From positions 20,714 through 84,713 of the forward strand of contig CAVTHI010000008.1 of NCBI GenBank assembly GCA_963734525.1: 64,000 bases of DNA, in the 5' to 3' direction. Positions 55,840-64,000 of this stretch are shown here, piece by piece. Positions within the stretch are counted from its first letter, which is position 1. Each line of letters begins with the position of its first letter. The notes beneath the pieces were generated by a model. That model saw only the letters and a program-made list of their open reading frames with translations, made no database searches and was not told where the DNA came from. This DNA comes from an uncultured archaeon (GTDB taxonomy: Archaea > Micrarchaeota > Micrarchaeia > Anstonellales > Bilamarchaeaceae). The translations under genes were made by a program, and so were the position numbers.

Positions 55840-57441
55840 TCAGACCCCGTCCCACTTGCGGCTCCTGAGGTCCCGGCCTACAACCCGCCTTATTGATACG
55901 AGCGTCCGGTGCCTGAGCGAATCCCGCTCCGGGCCCCCCGGCCCGCCGCTTCCCAGGATGGCCGCCGGCTTCCCGTCCATGAACGCGGGGATGGGATAGC
56001 CGTAGTAAGCGAGCACAGTCGGCGCTATGTCGGCGACGGAAAGCGGCGGCATCACGCCCTTTGCGGCGAGGTTCGGCCCGGTGGAGAGGAAAACGCCCTC
56101 CTGCCTGTGCGAGCCGCTTATCTGGACCGCCGGGTCGATGTCGGCGGAGAGCGTCCTGGAGAACGACGAGCTGTATTCGAAATCGTCGTAGGGCAGTGCG
56201 AATATGTCCGCGGCACCGGGGACCTGCCCTTTTCCGTACGCCTCTTCCCGAGTTACGACCTTCCGGACGACTTTCCGCCCCCCCTCGTCCTGCGCTTCGG
56301 CGACAATCTTCACGATTTCGTCCAGGTGGGACTGCCCGTTGCCGCTGTTAATCACGATTCCCCCGCTCGTGGAGAAGAGGAACGCCTTCGAATTGGCATG
56401 GTCGATGACGTCGCCCCGGATGTTCTTCGAGGGGAAAATCCGCCTCCCGAGGCCGGAAAGGAAATTCGAGCGGCTTACGATGTTGAAGAGGAACGGCGGC
56501 ACGAACGCCAGCACCTTGTCGCGCGTCATGCCGGCGTTCTGCATCATCGCGCGGCGGCTGCCTTCCTTGAATTTCAGCAGGCCCTTGCTGGTGAGGTAGG
56601 CGTTCATGAAGAATGTCCTTCGGACCTCCCGGAAGCCGTGGTCGGACACGATGATGATGTCATGGCCGTCCCGAACCAGCTTGCCCAGGAATTCGTCGAT
56701 GGGCTTGTATATGCGGGCCACCTCAGTCGCGGATTTCTTCCCGGCCTTCCAGAATTCGTGGATGAAGTAATGCTGCACCCAGTCCGTCTCGGAAAAGACG
56801 ATGAACGCCGAGGTCCATTCCTTCTTCCCGAGGAGGTGGGTGGCGACGGTTATCCTCTGCCGCACCCCGCGGAGGAGCGCGTCGGAAATCTTCGACTTGT
56901 CCCTGGAGGCGCCGAGCTTCACCAGCTGGGCCTCGGCCGCGATGTTGAAATCGTAGTCCGGGACCAGCGCGAGGATTTCATCGCGGATGGAGTGCGGCTG
57001 GGCGAACGGGCAGCCCGGGTCCGGCGTGCAGAACCCTGAGACCACGATGGCGTCCTTGCATGGCCGCGGGGGATACGCGCAGGGGATGTTGAACGCGATT
57101 GCCCGGTCCGAATCCATCATCTCCCAGACGTACGGCGTGCGCAGGTCCTTGCTGGAGGCGTACCTCGACTTGCCATCCTCGATGAGCGCGAAATCGTACA
57201 GGCCGTGCTTGCCGGGGTTCACGCCGGTGAAGATGCTCGCCCATGCCGCGGCGGTGCGCGGCGGGGTGGTGGAGAGGAGGTCCGCGGTCGAGCCTCCGGA
57301 TACGGCGGCGGAAAAGTTCGGCAGGAAGCCCTCGGCCATCAATGCGCGGAGGATGTCCCAGTCCGCGCCGTCTATGCCCAGAACAATGAGTCTGCCTTTT
57401 ACCATTTGAATTGGATTGATGCTGCCTTGGTTTTTAATCAT
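55840..57441 (-). CDS. alkaline-phosphatase-superfamily enzyme (nucleotide pyrophosphatase/phosphodiesterase type)
   Basis: 533 aa with VLGIDGADWDIL, STTPPRTAAAWASIFTGVNPGKHGLYDF (Thr nucleophile ... TG..P..HG) and IIVSDHGF. Confidence 0.8.
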   Translation of the reverse strand: MIKNQGSINPIQMVKGRLIVLGIDGADWDILRALMAEGFLPNFSAAVSGGSTADLLSTTPPRTAAAWASIFTGVNPGKHGLYDFALIEDGKSRYASSKDLRTPYVWEMMDSDRAIAFNIPCAYPPRPCKDAIVVSGFCTPDPGCPFAQPHSIRDEILALVPDYDFNIAAEAQLVKLGASRDKSKISDALLRGVRQRITVATHLLGKKEWTSAFIVFSETDWVQHYFIHEFWKAGKKSATEVARIYKPIDEFLGKLVRDGHDIIIVSDHGFREVRRTFFMNAYLTSKGLLKFKEGSRRAMMQNAGMTRDKVLAFVPPFLFNIVSRSNFLSGLGRRIFPSKNIRGDVIDHANSKAFLFSTSGGIVINSGNGQSHLDEIVKIVAEAQDEGGRKVVRKVVTREEAYGKGQVPGAADIFALPYDDFEYSSSFSRTLSADIDPAVQISGSHRQEGVFLSTGPNLAAKGVMPPLSVADIAPTVLAYYGYPIPAFMDGKPAAILGSGGPGGPERDSLRHRTLVSIRRVVGRDLRSRKWDGV

Positions 57442-57479
57442 TTCCCGATGATAACATATTACGTTATACTATTAGCGGT

Positions 57480-58275
57480 GTGGAGATGGCCGAACTTCAG
57501 GATTTGGATGGGCTCGAAGAGAAAAGCGTTTACATCCTCAGGGAAGCGAAAGCGAGGTTCAAGAACCTGGCCGCGCTCTGGAGCATGGGCAAGGATTCGA
57601 CGGCAATGCTCGCGATAGCGAGGAAGGCGTTTTTCGGCAGGGTGCCGTTCCCGGTCATCCATATCGACAACGGAATCGATTTCCCGGAGACGTACGAGTT
57701 CCGGAAAAAACTCAGCGACGAGTGGGGAATGGAGCTTATTGTCGCGAAGAGCGAGATAAAAGACGATTTGTCCGGAATCCGCTGCTGCGGGGCGAACAAG
57801 ACCGATGCCCTCCGGAAGCTCCTGGACGACCGGGGGTTCGACGGGCTCATCGTATCGATTCGCAGGGACGAGCACGGCATCCGGGCGAAGGAGAGGACGT
57901 TCTCGCCGAGAGACAAGGACTTCAAGTGGAACTACAAGGAGCAGCCCCCGGAGATTTGGGACTTCACGAGCAAGTTCGAGGACAGCTCGCACGTCCGCAT
58001 CCACCCGATACTCCAGTGGAACGAGATAGACATATGGAGGTACGTGAAGCGCGAGAGCATACCCGGTGAACAGCCTCTATTTCTCGAAGGGGGGCAAAAG
58101 ATACCGCAGCCTCGGTTGCACGCAGTGCACGGTGTCTGTGGAATCAAAGGCCGCATCGGTGGACGACATCATCGCGGAACTGCAGGGGACGGCTACGGCC
58201 GAGCGCTCGGGCAGGATGCAGGACAAGGAGCAGGAGAACGTGATGCAGCGCCTCCGAGCCCTTGGGTACATGTGA
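57480..58275 (+). CDS. cysD: sulfate adenylyltransferase subunit 2 (CysD), frameshifted near 58062
   Basis: PP-loop WSMGKDS and VIHIDNGIDFPETYEFR. ORF 57480..58301 is coherent to ...YVKRESIP. The sense then continues in ORF 58066..58275 (VNSLYFSKGGKRYRSLGCTQCT...RLRALGYM). Confidence 0.85.
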
Positions 58276-59544
58276 ATGCGGGGACGCCATATGCCGAATG
58301 AAATCAGGATTTCGCTTCTCGGGCACAAGGACCACGGGAAGTCCACCCTCATAGGAAGGATACTGCACGATACGGGCTCGATAACGAAGGACCGGATAGA
58401 GGAGGCGAAGGGAATCTGCAGGAGCCTCGGGAAGGAGTTCGAGTTCGCCTTCCTGCTCGACAGCTTCGTCGAGGAGCGCGAGGGCGGGTTCACGCTCGAC
58501 ACAACGGTCGCGCAAGCCAGGCACGGGGACAACATATACAACCTCATCGACGTGCCGGGCCACAAGGAGCTCGTGAAGAACATGCTCAGCGGCGCTTCGA
58601 TGGCTGACGCGGCCATACTCATCGTATCCGCGAAGGAAGGCGAGGGACTGCAGGACGAGACCAAGCTCCATATCTACCTCGCCCGCCTGCTCGGCATCAG
58701 CCGCCTCGCCGTGGCGGTCAACAAGATGGACGCCGCAATGTACAGCGAGGCGGAATTCAGGCGGATTGAATCCGGGGTCCGGGCCCTCCTCGACTCTTTC
58801 GGGTTCCGGGGAAAGGATATCGAGTTCATTCCCATTTCAGCCATGAAGGGCGATAACGTGATGAACCAGTCATCGGCCATGCCATGGTACAGGGGCAGGA
58901 CGCTTATAGGGCATATGGAGGGATTTGCGGCTGGCGGCAGGCTTGATTCGAACCTTCACCTCCCTGCGAGGATGCTCGTGCAGGACGTTTATGAGATGAA
59001 CGGGGAACGCCTCGCGGTCGGCAGGGTCGAGGCGGGCGTTTTCAAGGATGGCGACGAGATAGAAATCCTCCCTGCAGGCAGGCGGGCGCGCATCGATGGA
59101 TTGCGCTCCGGAAACGGCAGCGCCCTCGCTCAGGCGTCAGCGGGGCAGAACGTCGGCGTTTTGTTCGGCGGTGATTCCGCGGTCGGGAGGGGGACTGTTT
59201 TTGCCGAGTCCGCGCGGAGCGTGAAACCGTCCAGCCGCTTGCGGGCCAGGGTGTTCTGCCTGCCTGAATCGTCAATCGGCATCGGCGAAGCGCTGACCGT
59301 CATCTGCGGGCCGCAGGAATCCGGAGGCAAACTGGCTGCAATCATGAATACGATGCACCCCATCCACGACCGGGAACCGAAAAAAGGGGGCGGCATCACG
59401 ATTGTCAATGGCAGCGAGGCTGCGGAAGTCGAGATAGAACTGGGCAAGCCCCTCGTTTTCGAGCCGTTTTCAGCCATGCCTCCGCTCGGGCGGTTCGTCC
59501 TTGCAAAGGGGGGCAGGGTTGCCGGAGTGGGGGTAGTGCTATGA
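58276..59544 (+). CDS. cysN: sulfate adenylyltransferase subunit 1 (CysN GTPase, no fused APS kinase)
   Basis: 422 aa with GHKDHGKSTLIGRIL, DVPGHKELVKNM and NKMD, plus EF-Tu-like domains II and III. Confidence 0.85.
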   Translation: MRGRHMPNEIRISLLGHKDHGKSTLIGRILHDTGSITKDRIEEAKGICRSLGKEFEFAFLLDSFVEEREGGFTLDTTVAQARHGDNIYNLIDVPGHKELVKNMLSGASMADAAILIVSAKEGEGLQDETKLHIYLARLLGISRLAVAVNKMDAAMYSEAEFRRIESGVRALLDSFGFRGKDIEFIPISAMKGDNVMNQSSAMPWYRGRTLIGHMEGFAAGGRLDSNLHLPARMLVQDVYEMNGERLAVGRVEAGVFKDGDEIEILPAGRRARIDGLRSGNGSALAQASAGQNVGVLFGGDSAVGRGTVFAESARSVKPSSRLRARVFCLPESSIGIGEALTVICGPQESGGKLAAIMNTMHPIHDREPKKGGGITIVNGSEAAEVEIELGKPLVFEPFSAMPPLGRFVLAKGGRVAGVGVVL

Positions 59545-60302
59545 TAGTCATCGGGCTGGACGGGGCGACCTGGAGCGTGATTCGGCCGTCGCTAGGCTCG
59601 CTCCCCGCGTTCAGCGAGCTCCTTTCGAAGTATGACAGCGCCACGCTGGAGTGCGACATCAGGCCAGTGCATTCCGGGCCTTCGTGGACGACGATTTTCT
59701 CCGGGCGCAAGCCCGAGGAGCACGGAATCACGCACTTCGTCATGGGAGAGGAGGCGAGGGATGCCCTCCTGCGCCGGAAGATGTTCATCTGGGATAAGGC
59801 GGAAAGGGCGATAGTCATGGGCGTCCCGATATCCCTGCCCCCGATAAATGTGAATTACCAGCTCCGGGACTGGGAGCGGCTTGTGCTTTCGGTCGAGGAG
59901 GGCGAGATGTTCGACAGCACGTCGAAATTGGCGCAGGACGCCTCAAGCGCGATAGAGTACGGCGAGGCCGAACTCGTGGTGGCGGTGTTCTCCGAAACTG
60001 ACCGCGCCCAGCACTTGTTCTGGAACGAGCCGGAAAAGCTGCTGAAGCATTACCAGAGCGTCGACAAGGCGCTGTCAAGGCTGATGAAGCATTTCGCGGA
60101 TGACGATTTCCTCATCCTCAGCGACCATGGCTTCACCTCCGCGGAAGAGACCAGGAGGAACGGGTGGGACACCGTCAGGGAGAACCAGAGCGGCGGGCAC
60201 CACCCGATGGGGATTGCGATATCCAACCTCAAGCCGCCGGAGAAAGTGACCGGGGTATACGGGTTCCTCCTTGAAGCCATGAAGAAAAAATCCCGGATTT
60301 AA
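59541..60302 (+). CDS. short alkaline-phosphatase-superfamily protein
   Basis: 253 aa with VIGLDGATWSVI, SGPSWTTIFSGRKPEEHGITHF and LILSDHGF. ATGA overlap with cysN. Confidence 0.7.
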   Translation: MIVIGLDGATWSVIRPSLGSLPAFSELLSKYDSATLECDIRPVHSGPSWTTIFSGRKPEEHGITHFVMGEEARDALLRRKMFIWDKAERAIVMGVPISLPPINVNYQLRDWERLVLSVEEGEMFDSTSKLAQDASSAIEYGEAELVVAVFSETDRAQHLFWNEPEKLLKHYQSVDKALSRLMKHFADDDFLILSDHGFTSAEETRRNGWDTVRENQSGGHHPMGIAISNLKPPEKVTGVYGFLLEAMKKKSRI

Positions 60303-60323
60303 ACGTTTGGGCAACAAGTTGGT

Positions 60324-61526
60324 ATGATGAAGAAAGTCGTTGTCGCGCATTCCTGGAGCCTGAACATGGGCGATGCCGCCATGCTCCGGACGATAGCGGA
60401 CATCGTGCATGGCATTTCTCCGGAAATCAGGATTACCGCCCTTGTTTCCCACCCGGAATTCACCATCGAGAGATGCAAGGGACTCGACGCCGCGATAAAG
60501 GGATGGCCGTGGCCCGTCTCGCGCGGAAAACGCGGGATTGCGGATTATGCAATCGTTTATCCCGCCATTTACCTGAACAACATGCTTTCCGCGGCGCTTT
60601 ACCGGCTCATCAAGGCGAAGCTTTTCCTGTTCAACCGCGCATATGCGGAACCCCTCTCGGCCATCTTCGAATGCGACGCGTTCATCTGCCCCGGAGGGGA
60701 CTTCATCAGCCCGAAATACTTCTTCCATTCCACGTTCGGGGAAATCATGATGGCGAGGATGCTCGGCAAGAGGATAGTCGTCTGCGCCCAGACAATCGGG
60801 CCTTTCACCGGCTTTTTAGACCGGAAGATGGCGGCGTTCGTCCTCAACATGGCGGATGTCGTCATCGTCAGGGAGGAAGTCACCGCGAAGCACGTCAGGG
60901 AACTCGGCGTACGCAACGTGGAGGAGACATCGGACCTTGCGTTCATGTTCATGGCTGGGGGGAAGTGGAGCCCGAAGAGGGGGAAGAAAGTCATCATCAG
61001 CCCGAAGAAAATCAGCGGTGGCCGCGCGGCCTACGTCGAGGGCATTTCGAACCTGGTGAAAAGGCTCGTCGACGAACTCGGATACGAAGTCGAATTCCTG
61101 CCGAGCGATGCTTACGACTCTGATTTCCAATCCGAAATAGCTTCCGGCCTGGGGGGGAGGGTGAGGCTGGCCGGCGGCGTGTTTTCCCCGGAAGAGATAG
61201 CAATGCGCATGTCCGGGGCGGAATTCGTGGTTTCGAGCAGGATGCATGCCATTATACTCGCGACGCTGTCGGGAACGCCGTTTTTCGCCATAGGCGACAG
61301 CCACAAGTTCGAGGCGATACTCGGCGGGCTGTGCGATGATTGCACAATCGGCATCGACGGGCTCGACGATAAGGGGGTAAGCAGGGTCCTCGATGCGGTA
61401 AAGGACGGCAAACGGATTTCCGCCTCGATAGGGCGGAAATATCCGCAGGTCCTTGCCAAGTCCAGGAGGAACGCCGAGATACTCGAATCGAAATTCAGGG
61501 AATGGGGTTTTGCAGATGGAGAATAA
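60324..61526 (+). CDS. polysaccharide pyruvyl transferase family protein
   Basis: 400 aa with HSWSLNMGDAAM, CPGGDFISP, FVVSSRMHAIILA and the PS_pyruv_trans pattern (WcaK/CsaB-like). Confidence 0.75.
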   Translation: MMKKVVVAHSWSLNMGDAAMLRTIADIVHGISPEIRITALVSHPEFTIERCKGLDAAIKGWPWPVSRGKRGIADYAIVYPAIYLNNMLSAALYRLIKAKLFLFNRAYAEPLSAIFECDAFICPGGDFISPKYFFHSTFGEIMMARMLGKRIVVCAQTIGPFTGFLDRKMAAFVLNMADVVIVREEVTAKHVRELGVRNVEETSDLAFMFMAGGKWSPKRGKKVIISPKKISGGRAAYVEGISNLVKRLVDELGYEVEFLPSDAYDSDFQSEIASGLGGRVRLAGGVFSPEEIAMRMSGAEFVVSSRMHAIILATLSGTPFFAIGDSHKFEAILGGLCDDCTIGIDGLDDKGVSRVLDAVKDGKRISASIGRKYPQVLAKSRRNAEILESKFREWGFADGE

Positions 61527-61740
61527 ACCGGAAAGGAACAGCGTGGAAATCCCGAAAAAGCTGTATGACAAGCTCGCGGAACGCATCAAGGGCACCGAGT
61601 TCTCGTCGGTTGGAGACTACGTCGTCTTCGTGATGATGGAGGTGCTCGCGGCCGAGGAGGCGGAAGCGGGCCAGGGGCCGGACAAGGAAGGGGAAGGCAA
61701 GGTCAAGGACAGGCTGCGCTCGCTGGGATACCTTGATTGA
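61516..61740 (+). CDS. small ribbon-helix-helix-like protein with acidic linker and RLRSLGYLD tail
   Basis: The ATG at 61516 lies inside ORF 61453..61740: MENKPERNSVEIPKKLYDKLAERIKGTEFSSVGDYVVFVMMEVL...KVKDRLRSLGYLD. It overlaps the upstream gene by 11 nt. Confidence 0.6.
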   Translation: MENKPERNSVEIPKKLYDKLAERIKGTEFSSVGDYVVFVMMEVLAAEEAEAGQGPDKEGEGKVKDRLRSLGYLD

Positions 61741-61793
61741 GCGCAGTGGAAACCGTTTAAAAAAGAACTGTCGATATGTTTTCTCGCTTATTA

Positions 61794-61945
61794 GGGCCCG
61801 TAGCTCAGCCTGAGCCTTTGCCTGTTTGTTCGCAATGGCTCCTGAAATGGTGGAGCGTTCGACTGATAGAAACTTTTTGGGAAAAAGTTTCATCAAAAAC
61901 TTTCTGGAAATCGAAAGGTCGTGAGTTCAAATCTCGCCGGGCCCA
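61794..61945 (+). tRNA. tRNA-Ile (anticodon GAU) with two introns (D-loop and 37/38)
   Basis: Folded by hand. Acceptor stem is GGGCCCG/CGGGCCC plus discriminator A. D stem is GCTC/GAGC. Anticodon stem is TTCGA/TCGAA with loop CTGATA|A. T arm is GTGAG-TTCAAAT-CTCGC. 152 nt equals a 74-nt mature tRNA plus a 37-nt and a 41-nt intron. A T-tract follows at 61953-61958. Confidence 0.85.
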
Positions 61946-62092
61946 AAATCCTTTTTTCCAATAATCATTCCTGTTTACCCCATGATCCGGCTTGATTTTC
62001 CGTTTTTCGCGTTTTTAGCGCTAAACACGCAAAAGTTGTCGTAGATAGTAATATTTTAAATAACAAGGCAACACATACTAACCGGTGCAATT

Positions 62093-62707
62093 ATGAAATT
62101 CAAACAGGAGATGCGGGAAATACCAGGGCAAAACGACAAGAAAAAGCCTTTTGCCAGGTTCAAAGAGGCAATTGAAAGGCCTTCCAGGGTGGCGATTGCC
62201 GCTTTGGCGGTATCGTTTGCGGTAGGCTGCGGTCCAGGCGGGCCGACCGAGGACAGCGGAACGGACGCAGGCATCGACGCCCATTCGGACGGCGGACCGA
62301 CCGACTCAGGAACCGATACCGGAACGGACGGCGGCAACCCGACGGGATTGTGCGCGCAGTACGGCCCGGGCCACCCCAACAGGATAACGCTCACGCTCGG
62401 CCAGGAGGTCAAGGTCGAATCCGAATCATGCGGCTCGAAGCTGGTCTTCCTGGGAGTCGTAGGCACCGGCCCGGGAAACCAGGCAAGTTTCGGCCTGTAC
62501 GCGCCCCCGGACACCCATCCGCTCGGCTCGTGGGAGCTTCCGGTCGGGGACCAGAAGCGCGTCTATTTCGACGGCGCAGGATGGACGTATATCGAGCCCT
62601 GCGAAATAAGCGCCCAGCCGTGCAACATCAACCCGGCCACCCATATCACAAGCGGGGATACCGGATGCACAGTCAGCGCGGCAGCGGACAGGGCGTTCCT
62701 TCCGTAG
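62093..62707 (+). CDS. secreted/lipoprotein-like hypothetical protein
   Basis: 204 aa. A hydrophobic segment with a lipobox-like motif (IAALAVSFAVGC) is followed by a low-complexity DSGTD linker and a Cys-containing beta-rich domain. Confidence 0.6.
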   Translation: MKFKQEMREIPGQNDKKKPFARFKEAIERPSRVAIAALAVSFAVGCGPGGPTEDSGTDAGIDAHSDGGPTDSGTDTGTDGGNPTGLCAQYGPGHPNRITLTLGQEVKVESESCGSKLVFLGVVGTGPGNQASFGLYAPPDTHPLGSWELPVGDQKRVYFDGAGWTYIEPCEISAQPCNINPATHITSGDTGCTVSAAADRAFLP

Positions 62708-62740
62708 CATATCTTATTCCTTTTCTTACATTTTTTTTAC

Positions 62741-63937
62741 ATGAAGATAGCCATCGTCTCCGACCTGCACCTCGGATACGCGAGGTTCGAGTCCGATTCC
62801 TACATCCAGGCGCAGAGGGCGGTGGAAGACGCCTCGAAGAAAGCAGACCTGATTCTTTGCGCCGGCGACATATTCGACATCAAAATCCCGAAGCTCGAGA
62901 CGCTCAAGAAGGCCGTGGAGATTTTCAGCAAGTCATCCGTCCAGGTTTATGCAATCCACGGCAACCACGAGCGGAGGGCCAGGGACATGGTCAATCCCGT
63001 GCAGCTCCTCGAGGCAAGCGGCGGGATACGGGTTCTGCATGGCGGGAGCGATGTCTTTGAAAAGGGCGGCGAGAGGGTGCAGGTCCTCGGAATGGGCAGC
63101 GTCCCCGAGGAATATGCGGAAGAGGCCCTGAAGAAGACGATGGAGCGGTTCGTGAAAGATGAGGGCGCATTTTCCATTTTGATGATACACCAGTCCGTGA
63201 GGGAGCTCGTCCCTGGGGGGAAGGACGAGGTGTCCATCGAGTTCCTTGAAACGCTCCCTTTCGACCTCATCGTGAACGGGCACATACATGAGACGATTGT
63301 GAAACTGGGCGGGAAGTTCCTTATACCCGGCAGCACGGTGATTACCCAGCTCAAGAAGGAGGAGATGGCCAGGAAGGGGTATTTCCTCTTCGATACGCAT
63401 GACAGGAAGGCGGAGTTCATCGAAATCGAGTCCAGGCCGTTCTTTTACGAGGAGATGGTGTTCGACAAGGCCACGGATGCGCAGGTGCGGGAGCGGATTC
63501 GCGAAACGGTCGCGCGGATAAGGAAGGAGCGCCCGGACTGCCTGATTGCCATCAAGGTGGACGGCACGCTCAAGGAAGGGCTTGCCGGGAGCGACATCCG
63601 TCTCGAAGGCTACGAGAACGTGTTCATAGAAAGCAGGCTCGACGTCGAAAGCCTGTCGTCGCGCCTGGAGAAAATCAGGAGCGGGCGCGAGGCGAGCCTT
63701 TCCGTGCGTGATTTGGCCCTCCGGGAGCTCCGGGAGAAGACAGCGGGGAAAATAACGCTGTTCGACAGCTCGGAGCTGTTCGAAAAGCTGGTCGAAGGCG
63801 CGGACGAGACGCTCGAGTACCTTGAGAAGCATAATAAAAAGGGTAAAGTAGCTAACTTGACCCGTTTTGTCAAACGTCCTTATTGTTCGGCACCCCGAAC
63901 AATGGGCGCAATGAACTTTGTTCATTGCCGTTACTAA
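62741..63937 (+). CDS. mre11: Mre11/SbcD-type DNA double-strand-break repair nuclease
   Basis: 398 aa with the calcineurin-like phosphoesterase motifs MKIAIVSDLHLG, CAGDIFD, AIHGNHE, MIHQ and NGHIHE. The last roughly 25 codons run through three hairpins and may not all be coding. Confidence 0.85.
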   Translation: MKIAIVSDLHLGYARFESDSYIQAQRAVEDASKKADLILCAGDIFDIKIPKLETLKKAVEIFSKSSVQVYAIHGNHERRARDMVNPVQLLEASGGIRVLHGGSDVFEKGGERVQVLGMGSVPEEYAEEALKKTMERFVKDEGAFSILMIHQSVRELVPGGKDEVSIEFLETLPFDLIVNGHIHETIVKLGGKFLIPGSTVITQLKKEEMARKGYFLFDTHDRKAEFIEIESRPFFYEEMVFDKATDAQVRERIRETVARIRKERPDCLIAIKVDGTLKEGLAGSDIRLEGYENVFIESRLDVESLSSRLEKIRSGREASLSVRDLALRELREKTAGKITLFDSSELFEKLVEGADETLEYLEKHNKKGKVANLTRFVKRPYCSAPRTMGAMNFVHCRY

Positions 63938-64000
63938 AAGTTTGCAGGGATGACAGAGCCTGGTCAAATGTGCAGCGCTTAGGAAGGCTTTTTGGCCCCA

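Noticed and set aside
61946-62092. Integrated mobile element at the tRNA-Ile 3' end (imperfect palindrome GCGTTTTTAGC/GCTAAACACGC around 62009-62030)
   Set aside because: There is no integrase, no duplicated tRNA 3' fragment and no compositional shift downstream. The palindrome is short and imperfect.
1-64000. CRISPR arrays, rRNA genes, transposases/IS elements
   Set aside because: Reading both strands revealed no regularly spaced direct repeats, no rRNA-like conserved stretches and no transposase or integrase motifs.

Overview
This is a GC-rich (about 60%) archaeal chromosomal segment. Archaeal markers include aRF1, Orc1/Cdc6, ribosomal protein uL11, RNase P Rpp21, an NMD3-like protein, Mre11, GGPP synthase and an intron-containing tRNA. 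TATA-like boxes sit about 25-30 nt upstream of many ATGs, which suggests leaderless mRNAs. Layout: 1-7.1 kb holds housekeeping and surface proteins plus a 1.1 kb AT-rich islet. 7.2-18.5 kb holds the most unusual locus: a hyfB-C-E-F-G-I-colinear membrane complex whose hydrogenase large and small subunits have lost their NiFe and Fe-S ligands, directly followed and flanked by three paralogous two-domain beta-carbonic-anhydrase-like proteins. 18.7-30 kb holds purE, aRF1, surface proteins, GGPP synthase, rnp4, a deaminase and NMD3. 30.8-35.2 kb holds orc1/cdc6 translationally coupled to a tandemly duplicated cassette of a small helical protein plus an HExxH protein. 37-61.5 kb is a large cell-surface glycan cluster: GT2 and GT4 enzymes, three huge polytopic GT-C-like proteins, a Wzx flippase, cysDN, AP-superfamily enzymes and a pyruvyl transferase. 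After that come a tRNA-Ile with two introns, a secreted protein and mre11. Caveat: at least 13 conserved genes are broken by 1-nt frameshifts at short homopolymers. These are probably sequencing or assembly indels, so several CDS coordinates are reconstructed by eye across frames. No rRNA, CRISPR array, integrase or transposase was seen.
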